A stretch of DNA of 64,000 bases from an uncultured Acidobacteriaceae bacterium (lineage in GTDB: Bacteria; Acidobacteriota; Terriglobia; Terriglobales; Acidobacteriaceae), in NCBI GenBank assembly GCA_964541925.1, contig CAZISB010000001.1, positions 83,605 to 147,604 of the forward strand, given 5' to 3'. The notes beneath the pieces were generated by a model that did no database searches, was not told the origin of the DNA, and saw only the letters and a program-made list of their open reading frames with translations. The position numbers and the translations under genes are program-made. Shown piece by piece: positions 27,801 to 35,325 of this stretch (within the stretch, counting starts at the first letter, position 1; every line of letters starts with the position of its first letter).

Positions 27801-28351
27801 AGCAGTACACGCAGCCGCTGGAGATTGTGCGTGATCCCAGGCTCAAAGTGACGCAGGAGGATTTGCAGAAACAATTCGATCTGCTTATCAAAATACGCGA
27901 GCGCGTGACCCAGGCGCATGACACGATAAACCAGATCCGCGACATCCGGGGACAGATCACGGCGCTGAACAAGCGATTGGAAAATCATCCCCAGGGCAAA
28001 GCGGTGGCCGATGCCGGCAAACAACTGGACAAGAAAATGACCGAGGTAGAAGAGGTCCTGATCCAGACTAAGGCCAAGAGCGGACAGGACGTGCTGAACT
28101 ATCCCATTCGCCTCAACAACTATTTAGTGGCTTTGGGCGGGGTGGTGGAGAGTTCTGACTCGGCCCCAACGCAGGTTTCCTACGAAGTTTTTGACATGCT
28201 CAGCAAACAGCTTGATGAGCAGCTAGCGAAATGGAAGCAGATTTTGAGTACGGATGTACCCGCCTACAATGACGTGGTACGGAAACAGGATGTGCCGGCA
28301 ATCATTCTTAACACAAAGCCGGCCCAAGCCAGCACTGGCGGAAACCTTTGA
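24872..28351 (+). CDS. secreted BNR/sortilin(VPS10)-like repeat protein
   Basis: I start it at the ATG at 24872, which gives the signal peptide MKHCWLAVLMAAMMLLGVLASAQ. It has many SxDxGxTW BNR motifs (STDGGLSW, SIDAGKTW, TTDGGKNW, STDGGTTW, SDDGGDTW, SNDEGMSW, TTNGGQNW, TTDFGKTW, FDDGASW). Confidence 0.85.
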   Translation: MKHCWLAVLMAAMMLLGVLASAQTNTKPSKSANKKGQSASSEKKTGEQAQQKAEANKTPAGEGEQEESKGPWHGLTWRLVGPYRGGRVLAVSGVIGDTHTYYFGGVAGGVWKSTDGGLSWHPMTDKVKDMSPSIGAIAVAPSDPNVIYAGTGEACIRGDIVGGNGIYKSIDAGKTWTYAGLRDTHAIGRIAINPKNPDVVYVAALGHPFGSNPERGIYRTTDGGKNWTKVLYNDENSGGIDLSLDPNNSNVIFASLWQVRRSPWGMDSGGPGSGLYRSTDGGTTWKHLTGHGLPDGTLGRIGVAVAYSANRVWAFVEADKGGLFRSDDGGDTWTLTNSDRQYRQRAFYYTHVFADPRNADGVYVLNTGMYRSNDAGRTFRPIRAPHGDNHGLWIDPNDPNRMIESNDGGATVSVNGGASWTPQSNQPTAQFYHVITDNRFPYYIYGAQQDNSTVGIASAAPGGIDRTSWYSVGGGESGYIAPDPRDPEIVYAGSYGGEITRYDHHTEQEKNVTPWPVNPIGSAAADQKYRFQWTEPIVFSPHDPKTLYFAAQVLFKSNDEGMSWQIISPDLTRNDKAKQVAAGGPITKDNTGVEVYDTIFSVVESPLQKDLIWAGSDDGLVHVTTNGGQNWANVTPKGVPEWGTVSMIEASPHAAGTAYVSVQRHKMDDSAPYIFKTTDFGKTWTSLANGLPADAFVHAVREDPKRKGLLYAGTERGVFFSFDDGASWQSLQGNLPVSPIYDLYVHNNDLIVATHGRSFWLLDDLSPLRQYKAENGNEDVHLYAPGPANHTQFGGGFFASLGGGERGQNPPSGAVIYYSLKTAIKKPAEKKPEEKKPEAAAPAAAKPPAGESKEPGQQQPSGSEVPPKPEPTAAEGAESAKSKNAPISLEILDQKGQVVRRYPPKTQPGEEAGDDEGFGFRPPERGLPTEAGLNRFVWDMRYEGASRVPRSPLWAGGTDGPEALPGTYQVRLTVNGKQYTQPLEIVRDPRLKVTQEDLQKQFDLLIKIRERVTQAHDTINQIRDIRGQITALNKRLENHPQGKAVADAGKQLDKKMTEVEEVLIQTKAKSGQDVLNYPIRLNNYLVALGGVVESSDSAPTQVSYEVFDMLSKQLDEQLAKWKQILSTDVPAYNDVVRKQDVPAIILNTKPAQASTGGNL

Positions 28352-28364
28352 AAAATCAGTAGAA

Positions 28365-28412
28365 AACAGGTGCCGGAAGGCATTGCGCTGGAGTTCCATT
28401 TCGGCACCTGTT
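28365..28412 (+). terminator. long hairpin after the BNR gene (no T-tract)
   Basis: AACAGGTGCCG (28365-28375) pairs with CGGCACCTGTT (28402-28412). Confidence 0.3.
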
Positions 28413-28448
28413 CAGAATTACTAAAGTGTTCAGCAAGAGCAATTTAGA

Positions 28449-28477
28449 TTGACCTGGCCTCTGAGCGAGGGTAAAGT
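28449..28477 (+). promoter_or_regulatory. candidate sigma70-type promoter
   Basis: TTGACC, a 17 nt spacer, then TAAAGT, about 35 nt upstream of the ATG at 28512. Confidence 0.4.
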
Positions 28478-28511
28478 TTCCGTAGTTGCTCGACGTGTTC
28501 GACGGAGATAA

Positions 28512-29105
28512 ATGTCTAATTCCATGTTCGTCCTCTGGGTGGGATTATCAGCAGCGCTACTTCTGCTGTTCTTGTACGCGGCGTTTCTAAACGTCAGAAG
28601 AAACCGCTCCCAAAAAGCCGAGTTGGGCGATTTGATGCCGTCATTTCTGCCGGTTGATCTTGAGGTATTAAAAACACTCATCAACCCCGCGCAGCAGCGT
28701 TATCTACAGGAAACTTACGGACAGGAAGAATTGCTGCGGGTCTACCGCGAGCAACTCCGCCTGACGATTGAATGCCTTCGCCGCATGACCCACAACGCAG
28801 CCCTGCTGCAGCAGCTGGGTTATAGCCAGATGCGCAGCGGAAACCAGCTGATTGCATCAATGGCGCAGGAGATGATCGATGCCGGCGTACACGTTCGCCT
28901 CTATACCTTCATTGCGCTGGCCGTGCTGCATCTCCGGAATGCGCTGAGCTGGGTCCCGCTGATAGCTTCATCAAGATCTGCGCAAGTGCAGCAGTTGCTT
29001 GCTTCAAGCCTGATCCCGGCTTACGCACAGCTCAAAGACAAAGCCGGTAATCTGACCTGCCTGAAATTCTCCAGCTTCCATGAGGCGCTGGCGCAGAGTT
29101 TGTAA
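28512..29105 (+). CDS. hypothetical membrane-anchored protein
   Basis: 197 aa with an N-terminal TM helix (FVLWVGLSAALLLLFLYAAFL). No family recognised. Confidence 0.5.
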   Translation: MSNSMFVLWVGLSAALLLLFLYAAFLNVRRNRSQKAELGDLMPSFLPVDLEVLKTLINPAQQRYLQETYGQEELLRVYREQLRLTIECLRRMTHNAALLQQLGYSQMRSGNQLIASMAQEMIDAGVHVRLYTFIALAVLHLRNALSWVPLIASSRSAQVQQLLASSLIPAYAQLKDKAGNLTCLKFSSFHEALAQSL

Positions 29106-29144
29106 GAGCTTGTTCTGTCTGCCATTTCTGTTGGGCAACTCACA

Positions 29145-29894
29145 TCACTGTTTCCCTGATGTAAGAAAGTTTTTGAGAGTTTCCTCCCATCTCTTTGCGT
29201 CGTGCAATGCATCTTCACCTGGTTCAAAGGCAGCAAGCCTTTGCGGTTTTTGAGATGGCCAGAAACAGTAAAGCCAGACGATGCAAGCGATGTCATAGGC
29301 AATTACCGCCAATCGGTTCAATAGTGCATTGCGGTTTGCCGTGTGCGCCCAGATGCCAATCAAGGCCAGCGAAGTTGAAACATCAAGCCCAAATCCAAAG
29401 GCCACTCCAAACTCCTGCCGGTCCCATCTTCTCCCCATAACAAGCATGAGAAGAACAAAAAAGAAAAGGACTGCCGCGCGTAGAAATTCATAAATGCGAC
29501 TCGTTGCCGGCAAGATGGATAGGTGGCCACCAAGCAACGCAACTGTACCGACCACACTTGCGATTAGGGATGCCGCCGCGGGAAATAGGTATCGGTAAAT
29601 TCGCGTCCGGTAAAAACCGGGGAAGAGCCGCTTGAAGAAAAGTTCGTAGACAGCTAGAAAAGCAAAAACAGCCAGTACGATATCAGAGATCCAGTAAACA
29701 TTGAAATATAGGTTTACTGGGGCATGTCTGAATGCCAAGCGAATTAAGCCAATTGATTCCGCTCCGAGCACATAGACGAAAAAGAAAGGAAATGTCTTAT
29801 GCCACTTTCGATAAACGAGCAAAAGACTAAGCAACAGAAGGGCCGGTAAACCCATCCAGTCAACAAAGAATTGCAACTGGCTCTGCAGATACAT
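29145..29894 (-). CDS. hypothetical polytopic membrane protein
   Basis: 249 aa with about 7 hydrophobic helices. No family recognised. Confidence 0.55.
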   Translation of the reverse strand: MYLQSQLQFFVDWMGLPALLLLSLLLVYRKWHKTFPFFFVYVLGAESIGLIRLAFRHAPVNLYFNVYWISDIVLAVFAFLAVYELFFKRLFPGFYRTRIYRYLFPAAASLIASVVGTVALLGGHLSILPATSRIYEFLRAAVLFFFVLLMLVMGRRWDRQEFGVAFGFGLDVSTSLALIGIWAHTANRNALLNRLAVIAYDIACIVWLYCFWPSQKPQRLAAFEPGEDALHDAKRWEETLKNFLTSGKQ

Positions 29895-29970
29895 CTGGCG
29901 GCCAGCCTAAACCAGCCGCATGGAAAGTACAAATCCAAAATTTGCCCCCCACCAAATACCTGTACCGTGC

Positions 29971-30099
29971 TTAGGCAGTAACTGCTGGTGGCATCTGCGG
30001 CTGCGGCGGAGCGGGACTTCCCGGACCTCCCCAAAAACTTAACTGACTGGCGAAAGCCATCATCAATGTTAAAACCATTACACGCATTGCGTTCTTCAT
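29971..30099 (-). CDS. possible 42 aa secreted Pro-rich peptide
   Basis: Internal ATG at 30097-30099 with GGAGG 10 nt upstream. The translation is MKNAMRVMVLTLMMAFASQLSFWGGPGSPAPPQPQMPPAVTA. Confidence 0.3.
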   Translation of the reverse strand: MKNAMRVMVLTLMMAFASQLSFWGGPGSPAPPQPQMPPAVTA

Positions 30100-30511
30100 A
30101 ACTTGTCTTGCCTCCAAGTCTTGTCTCTTCAGAAAATTTGTCTTCAGAAATTCGGTTTCGGTTGGCAATAGACTACAGGAGAAATTGTTTTGCGCCACAA
30201 CAATCGTGAGTGAAAAAGTCAAGCTTAGACGCGATGACGGCAGTGACTTTCTTCTAGATTTTTGTCCTCTTGTTTCTTGATTAAAAATGGCTTCTGTAAA
30301 CCTAAAAATCTAAATTACTTATCAATATCGCTTTGCATCTGTTCGGTAATTCATCCCGAATTGCCGAAGTGAAGCTTAAACTTTTCTTAGTTCCATTTTG
30401 GAACGCGTATCTGTGAAAACTTTTTTACACCAAGGTACCGGAGACAGATCGTCCGGTTTGTGGCACACGCAATTCCCTCCTGATTCTGAGTGATGCTTGT
30501 TGAATGCGAAT

Positions 30512-32362
30512 TTAACTGCTGCTGACCTCCAATTTCGGATGCTGCAGGTGAAAATTCGTGGCGTCCTGATAGGCCTTGGCCAGCGCCAGCATCTTTGCTT
30601 CACCATAAAGATTGCCAAGGAAAGTGAGGCTCACAGGTGTCCCGGGACCGCCGCCTTCCACTTCGCCGTTTTCGCGCACACGTGCTTTGGGAGCATCATC
30701 ACCGCGGAAACCATTCGGCAGGATGAGCGCGGGATGTCCCGTAAGATTCGTGATCAGAAGTTGCGTGCTGAACGTAGGCGCAACAATCACGTCCACCTGC
30801 TCAAAAACTTTGGCTGCCATTTCCATCGCCACAGTGCGGGCTCGGCTGGCCTGTATGTACTCGACGGCGGGAATAAAGCGCGCGGCGCGGAATGTATTTG
30901 GCCAATCGTCTTTGGTTTGCTGCGTGAGCAGCTTGTCACGGCCGCTGCGCGTTAGATCGTCAAATGCAGCCGCGGCCTCTGCGATGAGAATGCTTCGCAT
31001 TGCCTGATAGGGATATTTCGGGAATTCTACCGGGATCAGGTTCACACCCATCGCGCGCAATTTGTCGAGTGCTGCCTGATCAAATTTGTGGTCGTATTCG
31101 CGACGCGCCATTGCCTCGGCACGTGTAGATGCCTCCTGCGCGCGGCGCTTCTTTTCATCTTCTGTAAGCTCTTTTTCTTCTTTAGGAGGCTGCGACTGTT
31201 GCGGCGGCTGGACTTCAAAATCCGCCTTCAAATAGCCGACGCGCAGCTTGCGCCAGTCAAGGTTTGCGTCCCAGTTGAAGGCCGCGTTCTGCACGGTGCG
31301 ATCATGGCCATCCGGGCCGTAAATCGCGCTCAAAACAATTGCGGTGTCTTCCACCGCGCGGCAGAGCGGGCCGAGCTTGTCCATGGTCCAGGAGAGCGCC
31401 ATGGCGCCAGTACGCGGGACCAGGCCAAAGGTCGGCCGCAGGCCCGTGGTTCCGCAGCGCGTGGAAGGCGAGGAAATGGACCCCAGAGTTTCTGAACCAA
31501 TGGCGAATGCCACACAGCCCGCCGCAGTGGCGGAGGCTGAGCCCGCTGACGATCCGCTCGATCCTTGTTTCGTGTTCCATGGGTTGCGTGTCATGCCGCC
31601 GAACCATTTATCGCCCTGTGCCAGAGCGCCCAGCGTGAGCTTGGCGACCAGAACTGCGCCGGCTGCGTCCAGCCGCTGAACTACGGTTGCATCTTCATCA
31701 ATCTTCTGGTCTTCAAATCCGCCGGCGCCCCAGGTAGTGCGATATCCCTTTACCGCCAACAAATCCTTTGCGCCCCACGGCAGTCCGTGCAGCGGCCCGC
31801 GATATTTCCCTGCCGCAATTTCCCGGTCGGCGTCTTTGGCCTGAGCTTTTGCGCGCTCCTCCGTGAGCGTGATCACGAACTTCAACTGCGGGTCATAACG
31901 CTTGAGCCGCTCCAGATACATTTCAGTCAACGCTGCAGACGAAACTTTTCTGGTTCGCACCAGTTCTGCAAGCTGCCGCACAGAGTAGAACGCTACGTCT
32001 TCAAGATTTTTAGGCGCTGCTCCGCCAACATTGGGAGCGGCAGAGATCTTTATGGGCCGCCGTTGTGTTTCAAACTTCATGCCCGGCAGTACGGGATCAA
32101 AAATTATGGCGGGCGCAACTTCATTTTTGAGGTGCAGCGCGTAAATGGCATCAAAAGCCTCGGTATAGCCGTTCAAGTCCTCAATCATCATCTCTTTGTG
32201 TTCGTCAGAGATGTGGACATCGGCTATAGACGCAGCGCTGTCAATCATTTCGCGCGTAATCTTCGGCTTGTTATCTGCAATGGCCCATAGAACTCCGGGC
32301 AGCAAAGTTGAGGTTAATCCCAAGCGAGAACAAACAGCAAGAAAAGCCCTGCGATCCAGCAT
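30512..32362 (-). CDS. amidase-signature family amidase with Tat signal peptide
   Basis: 616 aa. It has a twin-arginine N-terminus (MLDRRAFLAV), a GSSGSSAGSA Gly/Ser-rich AS motif, and a charged insertion (PKEEKELTEDEKKRRAQEASTRAEAMARRE). Confidence 0.88.
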   Translation of the reverse strand: MLDRRAFLAVCSRLGLTSTLLPGVLWAIADNKPKITREMIDSAASIADVHISDEHKEMMIEDLNGYTEAFDAIYALHLKNEVAPAIIFDPVLPGMKFETQRRPIKISAAPNVGGAAPKNLEDVAFYSVRQLAELVRTRKVSSAALTEMYLERLKRYDPQLKFVITLTEERAKAQAKDADREIAAGKYRGPLHGLPWGAKDLLAVKGYRTTWGAGGFEDQKIDEDATVVQRLDAAGAVLVAKLTLGALAQGDKWFGGMTRNPWNTKQGSSGSSAGSASATAAGCVAFAIGSETLGSISSPSTRCGTTGLRPTFGLVPRTGAMALSWTMDKLGPLCRAVEDTAIVLSAIYGPDGHDRTVQNAAFNWDANLDWRKLRVGYLKADFEVQPPQQSQPPKEEKELTEDEKKRRAQEASTRAEAMARREYDHKFDQAALDKLRAMGVNLIPVEFPKYPYQAMRSILIAEAAAAFDDLTRSGRDKLLTQQTKDDWPNTFRAARFIPAVEYIQASRARTVAMEMAAKVFEQVDVIVAPTFSTQLLITNLTGHPALILPNGFRGDDAPKARVRENGEVEGGGPGTPVSLTFLGNLYGEAKMLALAKAYQDATNFHLQHPKLEVSSS

Positions 32363-32404
32363 GAAGTCTCCTGAGTAAAAAATGGCAGGCCATTATAACG
32401 GGTG

Positions 32405-32490
32405 GGATCAATCGGGTCATCGGGAGACCGGATCATCGGAACATCGGGAAAGCAAAACCTTACCACTGATGAACACAGATAACACTGATT
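32405..32490. repeat. composite intergenic repeat: about 5 tandem NNCATCGG octamers plus left inverted arm (32457-32490) of the GNAT cassette
   Basis: First atcaatcgg gtcatcgg gagaccgg atcatcgg aacatcgg, then accttaccactgatgaacacagataacactgatt. Confidence 0.8.
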
Positions 32491-32630
32491 TATACCAGCA
32501 AGAAGACCTCAAGCGTAACGATTTGAGTAGCCGAATGCGTTCTATCCGCCGTGGCGACATTTTCCGGATGATTCGGTTCCCTCTGTGTTCCTTCGTGTCC
32601 TCCGTGGTTCAAGGTTTAGAATTGCCGCTG

Positions 32631-33077
32631 ATGAACGTACTGTTTCAGCTTCTCTCTGACCAGGAAGTTCCCGCGCTGCTGGAGATGATGCGCGAATTTT
32701 ATTCGCAGCAGCACATGCGCTTTGATGAGAAGACAGCGCGCAGCGCAATTGCCGGCCTGCTGCAGTCGCCGAAGCATGGCGAAATTTACCTGATCTTTCG
32801 CGGCCCGGGGCTCGCCGGCTATTTCGTGATTACTTTCTGTTTCAGCCTGGAATTCCATGGACGCTTCGCTCTGCTGGACGAACTTTACTTGCGAGAGCCA
32901 TACCGCCGCCAAAAGCTGGGACAAGGAGTGGTTGGATTTGCAGAAGGCATCTGCCACCGAGAAAGCATCGCAGCTCTGCGCCTTGAGGTGGGCCGCGACA
33001 ATGAGCCTGCAAAGTCGCTCTATCGCAACTCTGGTTTTGCAGAAGATGCCAGAAACCTGATGACCAAGTGGCTGTAG
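32631..33077 (+). CDS. GNAT family N-acetyltransferase
   Basis: I start it at the ATG at 32631; the longer track ORF reads through the repeat. RRQKLGQGVV is the acetyl-CoA Q/RxxGxG/A motif. About 148 aa. Confidence 0.8.
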   Translation: MNVLFQLLSDQEVPALLEMMREFYSQQHMRFDEKTARSAIAGLLQSPKHGEIYLIFRGPGLAGYFVITFCFSLEFHGRFALLDELYLREPYRRQKLGQGVVGFAEGICHRESIAALRLEVGRDNEPAKSLYRNSGFAEDARNLMTKWL

Positions 33078-33097
33078 TTATCGAATTATCAAGAAAA

Positions 33098-33207
33098 TCT
33101 CACCACGTATAAACACGGATTAAACGGATCCACAAATATCAAATTATTGGAGTTGAGTCTTTTGATCCGTGTGAATCAGTGTCATCAGTGTTCATCAGTG
33201 GTAAGGT
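33098..33207. repeat. composite inverted repeat; right arm (33174-33207) of the GNAT cassette
   Basis: 33174-33207 in reverse complement is accttaccactgatgaacactgatgacactgatt, matching 32457-32490 at 32 of 34 positions. 33098-33130 (tctcaccacgtataaacacggattaaacggatc) is a further arm of the same family in the opposite orientation. Confidence 0.85.
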
Positions 33208-33209
33208 TG

Positions 33210-33935
33210 CTAATATCCCGCAAATTCTTCCGTTCTGATATCGTCTTCATCCACTCCGGCGCTGGTCAGCATCTGCCGCATAGCGGCCACCATCGCAGGC
33301 GGCCCAGCAATGTAATAGATGGGGCCTTGCAGCGCCGGCAAATGTCTGCCCAGCATTTCCCGGTTGATGAACCCGGTCTCGCCGCTCCACTTCTGCGCGG
33401 ATTTTCCCATCTCGCTCATGCTGGGAATGAACTTGAAATTGCTGTTCTCTTTTTCTAACTGGCGCAAGACTTCCATGAACGCCGCATCCTCCGGACGCCG
33501 GTTGGAATAGAACAGATATAGGCGATGCGGAAGCCTGGCCTTCGCTGCATGGCGGATAATACTTGAAAATGGCGTAATCCCGATCCCGCCTGCCAGAAAA
33601 ACTGCCGGCTTGGATGAATTATTGTGCAGCGTGAATGAGCCCATTGGCCCTTCCATTTTGATTTCCGTATCAGCCGGAGCCTCTCGCAGGAAGCGTTTAA
33701 AAGCTGTGTCCCTCATCCGCGTGGCGAACAGCAGATATTCCTCTTCAGGGGCGGCGGCAATCGAGAGCGATCTTATATTGCCTTCTGCATCCGTCTCCGG
33801 TGGATCTACCAGCGTGATTTCCATATACTGGCCGGGTTTGAACTGGAAATCCGCGGGCTTGGCAAAATAAAAGCCCATGGTCCCTTCTGCCAGCATTTCT
33901 TTCTTTTTGAGTTTGCTCGTGAACGTGGTTGCCAT
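33210..33935 (-). CDS. ferredoxin-NADP reductase-like FAD/NAD(P)-binding oxidoreductase
   Basis: 241 aa with RSLSIAA (an RxYS-type FAD motif) and LAGGIGITPF (the NAD(P) motif). Confidence 0.85.
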   Translation of the reverse strand: MATTFTSKLKKKEMLAEGTMGFYFAKPADFQFKPGQYMEITLVDPPETDAEGNIRSLSIAAAPEEEYLLFATRMRDTAFKRFLREAPADTEIKMEGPMGSFTLHNNSSKPAVFLAGGIGITPFSSIIRHAAKARLPHRLYLFYSNRRPEDAAFMEVLRQLEKENSNFKFIPSMSEMGKSAQKWSGETGFINREMLGRHLPALQGPIYYIAGPPAMVAAMRQMLTSAGVDEDDIRTEEFAGY

Positions 33936-34100
33936 CTTGCTCCTTGTCCAGCCGGTTGAATTCTACTCGAGTCTCTTAGTGAATGGAGTTCCAGCCATGT
34001 GTAAAGTTACGGCCGTAAAAGATCGCGCACCTGGCGGTTCGGCGCCCTTTTCAGGAGCTTATCTCATGATTTAAGCTTTGGCGTCTTACAGGAGACCAGA

Positions 34101-35171
34101 ATGAAACTTCGCCTTGCCATTTTGCTGCTCATTGTCGCTGCTTCGACCGCCGCGTTTACCGCAGACTACCCTGCGCCGCAGTCCGGCACTTTTATAGTGA
34201 AAGATTTTCAGTTCAAGTCAGGCGAAAAACTGCCTGAGGTCAAGCTGCATTACTACACGCTGGGTACACCGCAAAAAGATTCAAGCGGCAAGGTGCGCAA
34301 TGCTGTATTGATCCTGCATGGAACCGGCGGCAGCGGACGCCAGTTTCTCACCCCGAATTTCGCCGGAGTGGCCTTTGGGCCAGGGCAGCTTCTGGACGCC
34401 TCAAAGTATTTCATCATCCTGCCGGACAACGTGGGCCATGGCGAATCAAGCAAGCCCAGCGACGGTCTCCACATGCGCTTTCCGCACTATGAATATGACG
34501 ACATGATCGAGTTGCAGTACCGGCTGCTCACGCAGGGGCTGGGCGTGAACCATCTCCGGCTGGTAATGGGCACCTCGATGGGCGGCATGCACACATGGCT
34601 CTGGGCGGAGCAGCACCCTGATTTTATGGATGCAGCCATGCCGCTGGCCAGCCAGCCGGTGGAGATCGCAGGGCGCAACCGCATGATGCGGCGCATGATC
34701 ATGGACGCTATCCGCACCGATCCTGAGTGGAACAATGGAGAATACAAGCAGCAGCCTCACGGCCTGGCTGCCGCGCTCGATATCCTGCTGATTATGGGAA
34801 GCTCTCCTCTGCAGATGCAGAAAGATGAGCCCACGCGTGAGAAGGCCGATGCGTTCCTGGAAAATTTCATAACTGCACGCATGAAGAGCACTGACGCGAA
34901 TGACATGCTCTACTACTTTGACGCCTCACGAAACTACAATCCCGAGCCGCAACTGGAAAAGATCACAGCGCCGCTCACCGCGATCAACTCGGCCGATGAC
35001 CAGATCAATCCTCCTGAGCTGAAAATCCTCGATCGTGACATTCAGCAGGTGAAGAACGGGAAATACGTGCTTCTTCCCATCACGGACCAAACCCGCGGCC
35101 ACGGCACGCATTCGCTGCCGGCGGTGTGGGGCAATCATCTTGAAGAGTTATTACGAAGATCGCAGCACTAA
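34101..35171 (+). CDS. secreted alpha/beta hydrolase (homoserine O-acetyltransferase-like fold)
   Basis: It has a signal peptide, HGTGGSG, the nucleophile elbow GTSMGGM and a C-terminal TRGHGTH. Confidence 0.85.
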   Translation: MKLRLAILLLIVAASTAAFTADYPAPQSGTFIVKDFQFKSGEKLPEVKLHYYTLGTPQKDSSGKVRNAVLILHGTGGSGRQFLTPNFAGVAFGPGQLLDASKYFIILPDNVGHGESSKPSDGLHMRFPHYEYDDMIELQYRLLTQGLGVNHLRLVMGTSMGGMHTWLWAEQHPDFMDAAMPLASQPVEIAGRNRMMRRMIMDAIRTDPEWNNGEYKQQPHGLAAALDILLIMGSSPLQMQKDEPTREKADAFLENFITARMKSTDANDMLYYFDASRNYNPEPQLEKITAPLTAINSADDQINPPELKILDRDIQQVKNGKYVLLPITDQTRGHGTHSLPAVWGNHLEELLRRSQH

Positions 35172-35325
35172 ATTTTGAGATGCTCAGCGCATTTTTGTAC
35201 ATACGCACAGTTTCGTTTTGGGAATCCTTCCACAGAACTTTAACGAACAGTTGTATCTCGTTTCACAAGACAGCCACTATCATGCCTAGTAGTAGTTGGG
35301 CCCCAAAACAGAACCTGGAGGGTGG

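Noticed and set aside
32382-32630. N-terminal extension of the GNAT ORF from the ORF track.
   Set aside because: The extension is the translation of the octamer array and the inverted arm. The GNAT fold begins near the ATG at 32631.
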